Below, in pieces: positions 1 to 10,161 of a DNA stretch of 64,000 bases. The stretch covers positions 5,490 to 69,489 of the forward strand of contig JAENYD010000013.1 in NCBI GenBank assembly GCA_016842005.1. The letters run 5' to 3'. Each line of letters begins with the position of its first letter. The first letter of the stretch is position 1. The notes below the pieces were generated by a model, which was not told where the DNA came from, did no database searches, and was given only the letters and a program-made list of their open reading frames with translations. Made by a program: the position numbers and the translations under genes. This DNA comes from Clostridium thermobutyricum. Its GTDB lineage: Bacteria; Bacillota; Clostridia; Ch29.

Positions 1-496
1 CTCTTATATTATCCTTTCTTGTAAAATCTACCGGTATGTCATAGGCCGCAAGCATTCCTCTCTCATCGGGTGTCAGTTCCTTTTTCTTCTTCAGGTTCCA
101 TTTCAGCAATGTCATAAGAATTTTATCAACCGGCTTCAGCTTAGTGTAATCAAAACCACCGCGCAGGTAAAAAAACTTTATGTATTTCTGCTGTTCATCA
201 GTGAAGTTTTTATCTCTAACTTCTCTTATGACCTCTTCCCGGGAAGGAGATGCCCCTGTTGCAAAAACAACAACCTTTTTCCCTTTAAGCAGATCAATAT
301 TTTTGGTTATCAGTTTCACTCCGTTGATACCCACGGCATACAAACCGCCTCCGTAAATCACGACATCGTAGTCTGTCAGCATATGCGCAGTAACCTTGGA
401 GCCTTCAAAAATATCCGCCGATAACTCTTCTGCAATCCATTCCGCATATTTCTGCGCAAACCCTGTTTTCGATCTGTAAATTACCACACTTTTCAT
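1..496 (-). CDS. Flavodoxin-domain protein (HemG/Flavodoxin_5-like), 3' end runs off the window
   Basis: Translated by hand from ATG at 496: MKSVVIYRSKTGFAQKYAEWIAEEL...YDVVIYGGGLYAVGING...FFYLRGGFDY. Flavodoxin N-terminal phosphate-binding loop present. No stop before base 1. Confidence 0.8.
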   Translation of the reverse strand, partial: MKSVVIYRSKTGFAQKYAEWIAEELSADIFEGSKVTAHMLTDYDVVIYGGGLYAVGINGVKLITKNIDLLKGKKVVVFATGASPSREEVIREVRDKNFTDEQQKYIKFFYLRGGFDYTKLKPVDKILMTLLKWNLKKKKELTPDERGMLAAYDIPVDFTRKDNIR

Positions 497-579
497 TTTT
501 CTCACCTTTCCACTTGGAATTGTAAAACGAAACTTATATCAATGGAGGTTTTCCCTATCTTCCACTCCTTTGATGAATT

Positions 580-1029
580 TTATTTTCTGTTATTATTGAC
601 TTCTAACACCCGTTCCTCCAGTATGTTAAATTTTTCTATGAATGGTTCCATACCTATAATTTCTTCTTTAGACAGACCTTTTGTCTCAAAAATAATTTCA
701 CCGTCTATGGTGAGACTTTGCTCTGATGGTAAGGTTCCGTTTACTATGACCTTGTTCTCTTTGTTCTCCACTCTTTTAAGAAAGTCGCTTCCTAAAACAG
801 GCTGGATTGATATGATATTATAATCGCTTTTATCATAATTCTGTATTGTTACTGAATATCTGTATGATTGCCTTTCAAAATTGTCTTCCTCGCCTTTAAC
901 AGCCCCTAGCGAACTGACCATACCAATAATCTTGATGCCTTCTTTCATTGTCCTGTTTTCCCCCTGGCTATAGCACCCTGTTAGACTTACCATCAACAAT
1001 ACAACCAGTAAAAGCGTTAGTTTTTTCAT
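580..1029 (-). CDS. Hypothetical lipoprotein
   Basis: Signal peptide with lipobox (MKKLTLLLVVLLMVSLTGC); GGAGG RBS upstream. Confidence 0.75.
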   Translation of the reverse strand: MKKLTLLLVVLLMVSLTGCYSQGENRTMKEGIKIIGMVSSLGAVKGEEDNFERQSYRYSVTIQNYDKSDYNIISIQPVLGSDFLKRVENKENKVIVNGTLPSEQSLTIDGEIIFETKGLSKEEIIGMEPFIEKFNILEERVLEVNNNRK

Positions 1030-1318
1030 TTATGCCTCCCTATTCTCCAATTTTTGATTGGTTTATTATAATCATATATTATGCGCACAAAGCCCTATTT
1101 AAGTATAAAATAAAAAATACCTCATTGTAAAATAAAATGTAACAAAACAAAAAAAATAGAACCCCCGGCAAGAAACTCGGTATAATATCAAATTGCTACA
1201 AAAAAAGATTTTGAAAACCAAATGGTATCATGAGGAATCCTCCCCGTGATACCATTTCACCCGACTGCTGCCTGGCAGGTATGATTGGCGGGTTAAGTCA
1301 ACATCATTCTACATATAT

Positions 1319-2491
1319 CTATTCAAAAGTTCCTTTTTTTACAGGCACTCCGTCTTTGACTAAATATCTTCCTTTACCGAAAACATGAGTAATGTCCAGG
1401 TTATTATCAAGTACCGTAATATCAGCATCGCTTCCTATTTTCAGGCAACCTTTCTGGGGATATAATTTTAAAGACTTTGCAGGATTCCGGGTCAATACCT
1501 TTAAGGCGTCCGAAATATCAACCCCCTCATCCTTAATCAGGTCTTTAAACTCTTCATAAAGTGAATCTTGCTTCGCTACCAGTAACCCGGCTATTTGACC
1601 TTTCTCATCAAAAAGAGGCATACTGCCATTACCATCCGAACTCATGGTAATAGATTCAATCTTAACACCTTTATCAAGACAGTATTTAATAGCCTTTGAA
1701 GGTTTTATGGATTTTCTGGCACCCGATTTAGGACTTACTCCTGATGTAATATCTATTATACCGCCCATTTTAGCGAACTTTATGCCATCTTCCAGCAAAT
1801 ATGGATTCCGGTTGATATGAGTAGGAGTAAATTGTGTTATGGGGATTTCAGTCTCTTCTATTATCTCAAACACAATACCTAATTTACGTTGCCCATCTCC
1901 CACATGAAGGTGTAAAACACCAGCCTTACCACTTAAAATACCTCCTACTCTAACTTCTGCCGCAAGTCTTGTAATATCTTCTCTGGTAGGTTGTGCGGAA
2001 CGATGATCCGAAATAGCTATCTCTCCACATCCCAATACCTTGTCTATAAGTATAAGGTCATCTCTCACATTTTGGGTTATAGTACGTGTTGGTACTTCAT
2101 AAGAGCCGGTATAAATATATGCAGATATACCCTCCTCTTCAAGGGCCCTTGCCTTTGCCAGAAGAGATGTCATATGTCTTGTGGTGCCATCGGTACCCAG
2201 ACATCCTACCACAGTTGTAATACCCGCTCTTATCACTCCGCTCAAAACCACTTCAGGGGTCCTAGAAGCATAACCCGCTTCTCCTCCGCCCCCTATCAGG
2301 TGTACATGCTGATCAATAAATCCAGGTACTATATATTTGCCTTTGACGTCTATTACTTCAACATCACCGTAATCCGGTAAAGGAGATATATTATCCGCAA
2401 TATTAACTACTTTGTTTGCTGCGATTAAAAGGTCCTGTTCTCCTCTATCCTCAGGTGCCAGTACCCTGCCACCTTTCAATATCTTAAACAA
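1319..2491 (-). CDS. iadA: Beta-aspartyl (isoaspartyl) dipeptidase
   Basis: Motifs PGFIDQHVHLIGGGGEAG, GCLGTDG, GEIAISDHRS, PTHINRN and SSDGNGS, typical of IadA amidohydrolases. Confidence 0.93.
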   Translation of the reverse strand: MFKILKGGRVLAPEDRGEQDLLIAANKVVNIADNISPLPDYGDVEVIDVKGKYIVPGFIDQHVHLIGGGGEAGYASRTPEVVLSGVIRAGITTVVGCLGTDGTTRHMTSLLAKARALEEEGISAYIYTGSYEVPTRTITQNVRDDLILIDKVLGCGEIAISDHRSAQPTREDITRLAAEVRVGGILSGKAGVLHLHVGDGQRKLGIVFEIIEETEIPITQFTPTHINRNPYLLEDGIKFAKMGGIIDITSGVSPKSGARKSIKPSKAIKYCLDKGVKIESITMSSDGNGSMPLFDEKGQIAGLLVAKQDSLYEEFKDLIKDEGVDISDALKVLTRNPAKSLKLYPQKGCLKIGSDADITVLDNNLDITHVFGKGRYLVKDGVPVKKGTFE

Positions 2492-2543
2492 CGGCTACAC
2501 CTCCAAGAAGTAGATAACTCAAGTGTTATGGTTTTTTAGTATA

Positions 2544-3965
2544 TCAGGCAGTACCAGCACTTTCTTCTTTAGAATCTTTAACTTTCCATACGGCCTTTCC
2601 TGTATACCCGTAAATCCATGCTATGATAAATCCTAAATAGCACATTATGGCCCATGGCAGATAGGATAGAGTTGAAACTCCCAAGGTTGCAGCCATATAT
2701 ACACCGGCAGCACTCCAGGGTACCAGTGGTACAATTACTGTACCCGAATCCTCTGTTGTCCTGGATAAAACACTTCGCTTTATACCAAGCTCATTGAATA
2801 CCGGTTGGTATATTCGACCTGGCACTATAATACTCAAGTAAGAATTCCCCGTAACCACACCTGTTATAATACCCGTTAATGAAGTGGATAGAATAAGATT
2901 TCCAACCTTTCCTTTGATAAACGCTTTTTTAAGAGAATTCAGTATTTTTTCCAGCATACCCGTATATTCCATCTCTCCGGCAAAGATATATGCCATGAAT
3001 ACAGTAGCAATAGCAGAAACCATACTGGTAATACCACCACGGTTCAGAAGGTTGTTCAGCTCAGGAATGGAAGTGTCAAAGCTTCCTCCTTTATACATGG
3101 CGGATATAACATCGCTAAATCCGGCCCCCTGCATTGTCCATGCCAGTACCATAGCTATAACTGTACCTATCCAGAGTGTTGGGATGCTCGGTATTTTTTT
3201 GTAAGATAAAAAGAAAACTACAATCGGTGGTAACAGCAGTATGGGATTTAACGTAAAAGTAGTAGCAATTCCCTCTAGCAGTTCGTTTATTCTTCCATAA
3301 TCAATACTCCCTACCACTTTGAAACTAAATATTTGATAAACAACTAGAGATATAAGAAATGCCGGTAAAGTCGTCCATAGCATTGACTTTATGTGATCGA
3401 AAAGGTCAGTCTCAGCTGTGGCGGCTGCCAGAATAGTAGTATCCGAAATAGGACTGATCTTATCACCAAAATAGCATCCTGCAACCACAGCCCCAGCTGC
3501 AACGGGTAGTGGAACACCCAACCCATATGCAACTCCCATTAAAGCAACCCCTAAAGTAGCTGCACTACCCCAGGATGTACCTGTCATAACTGATGAAATT
3601 GCACACAATACTGCAGCAGACACAAGGAATGTCTTTGGGGTTAATATGTGCAACCCAAGATAGATAAAATACGGTATAGTACCTGAAACAAGCCATGCCC
3701 CCACCAGAGGTCCGACCATTATCAATATCAGTATTGCTCCCATAGCCCTGTCGATAGTAGGCCTGATACCTTTTGCCATGAGTTCATCCCATGTATAACC
3801 CAAGGAGTAAATGCTGAGCAGAGTAACAAACATTGAAATGATAAGAAGCATGATAGCTGCATTGGCTTTGAGTATTCCTACCCCCCACACCAACAGTACA
3901 ATGGCAAAGATGATTGGTAACAGTGCTATACCCAATGATGGTTCCTTTTTCTCTTTTATTTTCAC
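2544..3965 (-). CDS. nhaC: NhaC-family antiporter/transporter
   Basis: Multi-pass hydrophobic protein with GTSWGSAATLG, YFGDKISPISDTT and SRTTEDSGT...PLVPW NhaC motifs. Confidence 0.85.
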   Translation of the reverse strand: MKIKEKKEPSLGIALLPIIFAIVLLVWGVGILKANAAIMLLIISMFVTLLSIYSLGYTWDELMAKGIRPTIDRAMGAILILIMVGPLVGAWLVSGTIPYFIYLGLHILTPKTFLVSAAVLCAISSVMTGTSWGSAATLGVALMGVAYGLGVPLPVAAGAVVAGCYFGDKISPISDTTILAAATAETDLFDHIKSMLWTTLPAFLISLVVYQIFSFKVVGSIDYGRINELLEGIATTFTLNPILLLPPIVVFFLSYKKIPSIPTLWIGTVIAMVLAWTMQGAGFSDVISAMYKGGSFDTSIPELNNLLNRGGITSMVSAIATVFMAYIFAGEMEYTGMLEKILNSLKKAFIKGKVGNLILSTSLTGIITGVVTGNSYLSIIVPGRIYQPVFNELGIKRSVLSRTTEDSGTVIVPLVPWSAAGVYMAATLGVSTLSYLPWAIMCYLGFIIAWIYGYTGKAVWKVKDSKEESAGTA

Positions 3966-4004
3966 AATTAATCCCTCCTGTTTTTTTGTTTGCCTGGTTT
4001 AATA

Positions 4005-4021
4005 CGCAATATATATACCAA
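4005..4021 (-). promoter_or_regulatory. Sigma-54 (-24/-12) promoter for nhaC-iadA
   Basis: Minus strand reads TTGGTATATATATTGCG, giving exact GG-N10-GC spacing about 40 nt upstream of nhaC and directly downstream of a sigma-54 activator gene. Confidence 0.8.
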
Positions 4022-4212
4022 CATTCAAGAATAACTGTATATGTGCGTGGTAGTTAATTTTTCATTGGTTTTACCCAATATTATATGCATATTATGTAAA
4101 TTATTAATTTTATTGTATATCAAAGCGTCGAAAAGGGAGGCGTTTTTAAATCCATTTGCCTCCCTTTATCTCCCTTTTCATTTTTTTCGGAATGGTATTA
4201 TTCTATGTAGCG

Positions 4213-6243
4213 TTATAGGCTTTCAATCATATTTAGTCCTTCATCCGTCAACTGAAGACCTTTTATTCCCCTTCTCGCATTCAGATATCCCTCTTGTCGC
4301 ATATTATTAATCATTTTTCTTATCTCCCACTCGGATAACCCCATATCTTCTGCAATGGACCTCCTCCCTATAGGCTCTCCCATTTCATTGGACCGTTTAA
4401 TCTTCTGAAGGATTTCCTTTACAAGTAACGCCTGCTCCTTGTTTCTCTTGTTGTAAGGGTTTATGATAATCGCATCCCGCATTTCTTCGGGTAATGACTT
4501 ATACTCCGGAGGTTTATCCGGACAAACATTCACCAGATATTCTACTACATTTTGAAGTTCCCGGATGTTACCAGGCCAGTTATATGCCAAAAGCCATTCT
4601 CTTATCGGTTTAAAATAATCAGCGGCCTTAACCGTAAACCGCCCATTAAAACATTTTTTATAGAATGTTTCTGCAAGACTTAATATATCTTGTTTTCTAT
4701 GCCTTAGTGCAGGAATTCTAACCGGCAAAACATTTAATCTGTAATAAAGGTCTTGCCTGAATTCTCCTTTTTCTATTAATGCTTTCAAATCTTTATTTGT
4801 GGCGGATATAACCCTTACGTCTATGGGAATTATCCGCGAACTGCCTATACGACGCACTTCTTTTTCCTGTAAAACCCTGAGCAGTCTTATCTGAAAAGAT
4901 ACAGGTGCATCCCCTATCTCATCCAGAAATATTGTACCTCCATGAGCCTGCTCAAAAAGTCCCGGCTTTCCACCTTTTTTTGCCCCCGTAAACGCCCCTT
5001 CCTCATATCCAAAAAGTTCGCTTTCAAGTAAACTTTCAGGAAGAGCCGCAAAATTAACTGCCACAAAAGGGTACTGATGCCTTTTAGATGCATTATGAAT
5101 AGCATGTGCAAAAAGTTCCTTGCCTGTCCCGCTCTCTCCATAGATTAAAATGGGAGAATCAGATCTGGAAATCTTCCTGGCCAAGTTTCTTGTATTTTTA
5201 ATTGCTTTACTGTTTCCAGTTATATCATTAAAAGTATAACGGGCACAATTATCCCTGCTGATTAATTTTCTTCTGAGTTCTTCTTCAAGGCGCCGAATTT
5301 CCGTTACATCTTTCAATGTATATACAATTCCAGCTTTACTATTATCTTTTTTAATGTAAGAACTGTTTATTACCACATATTTGTTATTAATTTTTACAAA
5401 TCGTTCTCTTTCTTCCTCCTTGTTTCCAAGAATTGAAAAAATATCTTTTCGTATAGACCTGTCTTCAATATTCTTCTCCAATATTCCTTCCCTTGGATAA
5501 CAGAATATTTCTTCAGCAATAGGATTGAATACAGAAATAGTCTTTTTTTCATCCAGTGCAACGATGCCGTCATGGACAGTATTAATTATAGTCTGAAGTT
5601 GATTTTTTATATGATTATTAACATCAGCCATAGCTTTTGTCTTTTTTATTTGGTCTATTATGTCCCTTATATATCTTGCAGACAGCAATCTTGTCTTTTC
5701 CTCCGAGAATTTAAGAGCCTTGAAAATTTCGACTATACTTACAAAATCAATGTTTCTGGTTTTAATATCAATGATGTCCTCAACAAAATCAGGTACCAAA
5801 TCCACTTCTCCGGGAGTAACTGCCAGTTTTAATTTTGGGAAATCTTTTATTCCGGGATAGTACGGAAAGTAGTTTATATGATCTATTCCTAAAACTTTTA
5901 AGGCTTTTATAGTTTCAAGCGTTGCCGAAACAAGGTCATTTACAAACAGAACGTCTGTACCCGAGGGAATGTTTAACAATTTATAGATTTGGTGATAATT
6001 AATTGAACGATGTGCAATTATATACGGACAGCTTTTGTCAATATATTTTTTTGCATCTTTAAAAATAGGGTTACTGGAGATTATAATTAGGTCACCGGCA
6101 ATATTTTTTTCTAAATTGTAATCCAAACAATACCCTTTTATGTCAATTTTATCACCTAGCAACTTATAAAGTTGGCTTGTCAAAGCTTCACACGTATTTT
6201 CACCCTTGGTTATAAGACTTATACTTTTCATACCAATACTCAT
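4213..6243 (-). CDS. Sigma-54-dependent enhancer-binding regulator (PAS + AAA+ + HTH)
   Basis: Walker A GESGTGKELFA, ESELFGYEEGAFTGA, FLDEIGD, YNWPGNIRELQN; PAS-like segment (IINTVHDGIVALD). Confidence 0.93.
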   Translation of the reverse strand: MSIGMKSISLITKGENTCEALTSQLYKLLGDKIDIKGYCLDYNLEKNIAGDLIIISSNPIFKDAKKYIDKSCPYIIAHRSINYHQIYKLLNIPSGTDVLFVNDLVSATLETIKALKVLGIDHINYFPYYPGIKDFPKLKLAVTPGEVDLVPDFVEDIIDIKTRNIDFVSIVEIFKALKFSEEKTRLLSARYIRDIIDQIKKTKAMADVNNHIKNQLQTIINTVHDGIVALDEKKTISVFNPIAEEIFCYPREGILEKNIEDRSIRKDIFSILGNKEEERERFVKINNKYVVINSSYIKKDNSKAGIVYTLKDVTEIRRLEEELRRKLISRDNCARYTFNDITGNSKAIKNTRNLARKISRSDSPILIYGESGTGKELFAHAIHNASKRHQYPFVAVNFAALPESLLESELFGYEEGAFTGAKKGGKPGLFEQAHGGTIFLDEIGDAPVSFQIRLLRVLQEKEVRRIGSSRIIPIDVRVISATNKDLKALIEKGEFRQDLYYRLNVLPVRIPALRHRKQDILSLAETFYKKCFNGRFTVKAADYFKPIREWLLAYNWPGNIRELQNVVEYLVNVCPDKPPEYKSLPEEMRDAIIINPYNKRNKEQALLVKEILQKIKRSNEMGEPIGRRSIAEDMGLSEWEIRKMINNMRQEGYLNARRGIKGLQLTDEGLNMIESL

Positions 6244-6335
6244 GACTAATTCCTCTTTACCCTCCCTCCATAAAGTAAAACTTCTACCAGCAATGTATCA
6301 TGCTTAATCTGACCTGCTAATCATAATGCAATGGC

Positions 6336-7781
6336 CTATCGCTTCCAAAATTCAGGGAATAACAGGGCAATAACAGTATAGACCTCAAGCCTTCCAAGGA
6401 CCATACAAAAAGACAGCAGTATTTTTGAAAACGCTGTCAGAGAGGCATAGTTGCAACTGGGCCCAACAATACCAAATCCGGGTCCAACGTTTCCAAGAGT
6501 CGCGGCAACTGCAGCCGAGGAACTTATCAGGTCAAGACCTTGCGAAGCAATTATTAAGGTGGCGAAAACAAAAATCACTATATAGAACATGGTAAAAGCC
6601 ATCACACTCGACAACACCTCTTCCTGAACCGGCATATTACCGAGTTTGACCGCTTTAACAACCCTTGGGTGTATCAACCTGTTAACTTCCCTTTGCATGT
6701 ATTTGAAAACCAGGTATATCCTTATGACTTTCATTGAACCGCCGGTTGAACCCGAAGATGCTCCAACGAACATTAAGGCGAATAATATCGCTTTACTGAA
6801 ATCCGGCCATAAATCAAAATCGGCAGTGGTAAATCCCGTGGTGGTCATTATTGATGCAACCTGAAATGAGGCATATCTCAAGCTTTCCTGTACACTGCCG
6901 AATACTTCAGCGCTTAGATTGAGGGTTATCAAAACAGTGCACACCGCTATTATAGATAAATATACCTTAAACTCTTTGTCCTTCAAAAACTCGGTTATCC
7001 TTCTCTTCTTAAACGCCATATAGTACAGCGAAAAGTTAACCCCTGACGCTATCATAAATATTGTAATTACTATATCGAAATAAACGTTGTTATAAGCCCC
7101 TACGCTTAAGTTCTTAATTGAAAAGCCCCCGGTACCCACTGTACCGAAAGTGTGTATGAGGCTGTCATATAAGGGCATGCCACCAATTGTAAGCATAATA
7201 ATTTCAGCCAGGGTCACTACTGTATAAGTAGTATACAAAATCTTTGCAGTATTATTAACCCTTGGGGTAAGCTTGGTTGAAATGGGTCCCGGGCTCTCAG
7301 CCTTGAGTATCTGAAATGTACCTACCCCCAATGCAGGCTGCAGGGCAAGGGTCAGGACCAGTATTCCCATGCCTCCAAGCCAGTGGGTAAACGACCGCCA
7401 GAAAAGAAGGCTATATGGCAATATTTCTATATCTTCGATTACCGTAGCGCCGGTAGTTGTAAAACCGGAAACTGTTTCGAAGAAAGCATCTGTGAAGGAG
7501 GTAAAAACTCCTGTAAATAAAAAAGGCAGTGCCCCCAGAACTGAAGCCATTAACCATCCAAAGCTAACTATAGCAAAACCTTCTTTATATCTTATTATAT
7601 TGTTTTTGACCTTTACTGAAAACAGAGCAAAACCAAGCAAGGCGGTTGCTACTATTGAAACTGTGAACGCAGAAACTGTATCTTCTCCATAGACAAGGGC
7701 TACAATAACCGATGGAATCATTGTAACAGCCTCACATAGAAGCAACATCCCCAGCGTCCTTAGGACTATTAATAAGTTCAT
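6336..7781 (-). CDS. trkH: Trk potassium uptake membrane protein
   Basis: FFETVSGFTTTGAT, WLGGMGI, TTTGF, GSTGGSMKVIR, LGNVGPG, LGRLE. Confidence 0.95.
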   Translation of the reverse strand: MNLLIVLRTLGMLLLCEAVTMIPSVIVALVYGEDTVSAFTVSIVATALLGFALFSVKVKNNIIRYKEGFAIVSFGWLMASVLGALPFLFTGVFTSFTDAFFETVSGFTTTGATVIEDIEILPYSLLFWRSFTHWLGGMGILVLTLALQPALGVGTFQILKAESPGPISTKLTPRVNNTAKILYTTYTVVTLAEIIMLTIGGMPLYDSLIHTFGTVGTGGFSIKNLSVGAYNNVYFDIVITIFMIASGVNFSLYYMAFKKRRITEFLKDKEFKVYLSIIAVCTVLITLNLSAEVFGSVQESLRYASFQVASIMTTTGFTTADFDLWPDFSKAILFALMFVGASSGSTGGSMKVIRIYLVFKYMQREVNRLIHPRVVKAVKLGNMPVQEEVLSSVMAFTMFYIVIFVFATLIIASQGLDLISSSAAVAATLGNVGPGFGIVGPSCNYASLTAFSKILLSFCMVLGRLEVYTVIALLFPEFWKR

Positions 7782-9141
7782 ATACTGTCATACCTCCCCC
7801 TCTGGTACAGAAAAGCCTGGTAACGCTTTCTATATGGGAATCCAGGGTAAACACGATGACCCTGTCAGTGCTCCTGATCACTGCATCACCGTTAGGGATG
7901 ATTACTCTCCCGTTGCGCAGTATTGCACCGATTATAACTCCCTTGGGTATTCCCACTTCTTTTAAGGGCCTGTCTAGTATAGGTGTCCCCTCCTGTGGAA
8001 TAATCTCTACAACTTCCGCTCTGCCTCCAATCAGGAGAGATATTGACACAATCTTGCCGCCCCTTACTATTCTTAGAATATCACTGGCCGTAATCAGCCT
8101 GGGACTGACAGCACTGTCTATGCCGATTGTTTCAAGGACCGATGTATAGTTTGACCGGCTAACCTTGGCAATTACCTTTTTAGCTCCAAGTTGTTTGGCC
8201 AGCAGTGATACCAGAAGATTTTCCTCGTCAAAACCCGTTACAGCCAGGAAGGCATCCATTTCCTCAACGTTTTCGGCCTTCAGAAGGGCCAGGTCGGTTC
8301 CATCCCCATGCAAAACAAGGGTGTGGCTCAAGCTCTCGGCCAGTTCCCTGCATCTATCCATGTCCTGCTCGATTATTTTTACATTGACCCCCCGGTGTTC
8401 AAATTTCTTAGCCAGATAATAACCAATTTTCCCGCCACCTACTATAAGGACGTTCTTAACCCTGTTGTTAATAACATGAACCCCTGCCATTTTTGCAAAA
8501 CTGTCAACCGCAGTTTTCTCACCCATAATATATAAGGTGTCGCTGTGATGTATACAGTCAAACCCATTCGGAATTATTACCTCGCCGTTTCGGGTTATGG
8601 CAGTAATAACAACCGACTGCGGCATATTTATATCTCTTATCTGTCGGCCTATAAGGTGTGAAGAAGATTCAATCTGGATCTCTGACATTCTCACCCGTCC
8701 ATTGGCGAAATCTTCAGCATATGAAACATTGGTATTAAGAAGTAATCTTACTATTTCGTTTGCAGTGGCATATTCAGGGTTGATTATATAGTCAACCCCC
8801 AGCTGGTTTCTTATGAATTCCAATTCCATAACGTATTCCGGATTTCTTACTCTTGCTATTACTCTTCTGACACCAATTTTTTTTGCGGTTATACAGGCGA
8901 CAACATTTGCTTCATCGCTGTTGGCAACAGCGATCAACAAATCCGCATCCCTGGCCTCCGCTTTCTTTAATAGATTACTGGAGAAGCCATTGCCTTTTAT
9001 GGTGAGGACATCAAAGTTTTCATTTATTTTGTCAAGGGCTGCCTGATTTATATCTATAACCACAATATCATGATTTTCTTTTGCCAGGCTCTCTACAAGC
9101 TGATATCCAACCTTCCCGGCCCCTATGATTACTATTTTCAT
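7732..9141 (-). CDS. trkA: Trk potassium uptake NAD-binding protein
   Basis: Two RCK domains (IIGAGKVG and IVGGGKIG); adjacent to trkH. Confidence 0.95.
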   Translation of the reverse strand: MKIVIIGAGKVGYQLVESLAKENHDIVVIDINQAALDKINENFDVLTIKGNGFSSNLLKKAEARDADLLIAVANSDEANVVACITAKKIGVRRVIARVRNPEYVMELEFIRNQLGVDYIINPEYATANEIVRLLLNTNVSYAEDFANGRVRMSEIQIESSSHLIGRQIRDINMPQSVVITAITRNGEVIIPNGFDCIHHSDTLYIMGEKTAVDSFAKMAGVHVINNRVKNVLIVGGGKIGYYLAKKFEHRGVNVKIIEQDMDRCRELAESLSHTLVLHGDGTDLALLKAENVEEMDAFLAVTGFDEENLLVSLLAKQLGAKKVIAKVSRSNYTSVLETIGIDSAVSPRLITASDILRIVRGGKIVSISLLIGGRAEVVEIIPQEGTPILDRPLKEVGIPKGVIIGAILRNGRVIIPNGDAVIRSTDRVIVFTLDSHIESVTRLFCTRGGGMTVYELINSPKDAGDVASM

Positions 9142-9486
9142 TGACCTTTACCCCCATTGAAACTGATTTTAAAACCTGTTTTACGCAAATCAGTAAAATA
9201 TTCTCTCAGTATTTCAATACCCCTTCACCCTGCATCACTGATGCACAGTAACTGGGTTCTCATATTTCATTTATTTCCCCTGAAAAGTATTAGTCATCAG
9301 TTATTTTATCTCATTACCCATACGCATTCAAGTGAATTAAGATTATTGTACTTTTCATTTCAGACAATAAATACATTATTCCCGGGATGACATTGCCTCT
9401 TAATATAGTATATTACTTCGGTGTGATACAAAGCATGAAAATAATATCCCGGGGATTGCAGAAAACATAAAATAGCGGTTTTACCG

Positions 9487-9765
9487 CTATTTCTGCTCAT
9501 CTTCATCCTGTTCAACTTTATATTCTACGTCATCGATTATGTTTTTATTGTCCTCCTTAAAACCCCTTCCCCTCCCCGCATACTTTTCAAGCTGCCTGCC
9601 CATGAAGGAAATCAGGAACAGCAGCATAACCAAATCATCCACAACGCCAAGCCCGAACACCGGGTCAGGCAGTGCATCTATGGGACTTATAAGGTATATC
9701 AGCCATCCTATTATAGGGAGCTTTCTCGTAAAGGGAACATTTTTGTCAAACAGGAATCTGGCCAT
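9487..9765 (-). CDS. YkvA/DUF1232 family small membrane protein (start may be ATA at 9810)
   Basis: YLISPIDALPD...GLGVVDD motif. Confidence 0.85.
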   Translation of the reverse strand: MARFLFDKNVPFTRKLPIIGWLIYLISPIDALPDPVFGLGVVDDLVMLLFLISFMGRQLEKYAGRGRGFKEDNKNIIDDVEYKVEQDEDEQK

Positions 9766-9883
9766 GGCAGCAATCTTCCAGAATGAACCTGGACCTCCAC
9801 CTGGTCTTATCGCTTATCCCTCCCTGACTGGTTTCTCAAGTAACCGCCGAAAGCTTCACCGAACCATATGTCCTTAAAAATTA

Positions 9884-10075
9884 TTATTTGCGTTTTTTGC
9901 TTTTTTTCTCTTTATCATATTTATTCAGGTAGTATATCAGAAAGCCCCCGACAACTATCAAAGGGAATGCTATATTGAACAATTTGCCTAAAAACGGCAT
10001 AAATCCTGACGGATTGCCAATATAGAACAATACAAAGGATAATATGAATAAAATCAAAAAATAAAGTCCTCTCAT
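9884..10075 (-). CDS. Small two-TM hypothetical membrane protein
   Basis: AGGAGG RBS before ATG at 10075 (MRGLYFL...); two hydrophobic segments and a basic tail. Confidence 0.6.
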   Translation of the reverse strand: MRGLYFLILFILSFVLFYIGNPSGFMPFLGKLFNIAFPLIVVGGFLIYYLNKYDKEKKSKKRK

Positions 10076-10161
10076 GGATATCCCTCCTGATTGTATATAT
10101 ATTATTCTACTAAAAAAAAGACTTTTGTGCAAAAAGAAACAGCCCTGTCAGGGCTGAATGT

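Noticed and set aside
9142-9480. Possible c-di-AMP (ydaO) riboswitch in the long trkA leader, plus a TCCCGGGAT/ATCCCGGG inverted repeat
   Set aside because: None of the ydaO core motifs (GCUGAAUC, GGAACC, CAGCUAAC) is present. The short inverted repeat alone is too weak to call.
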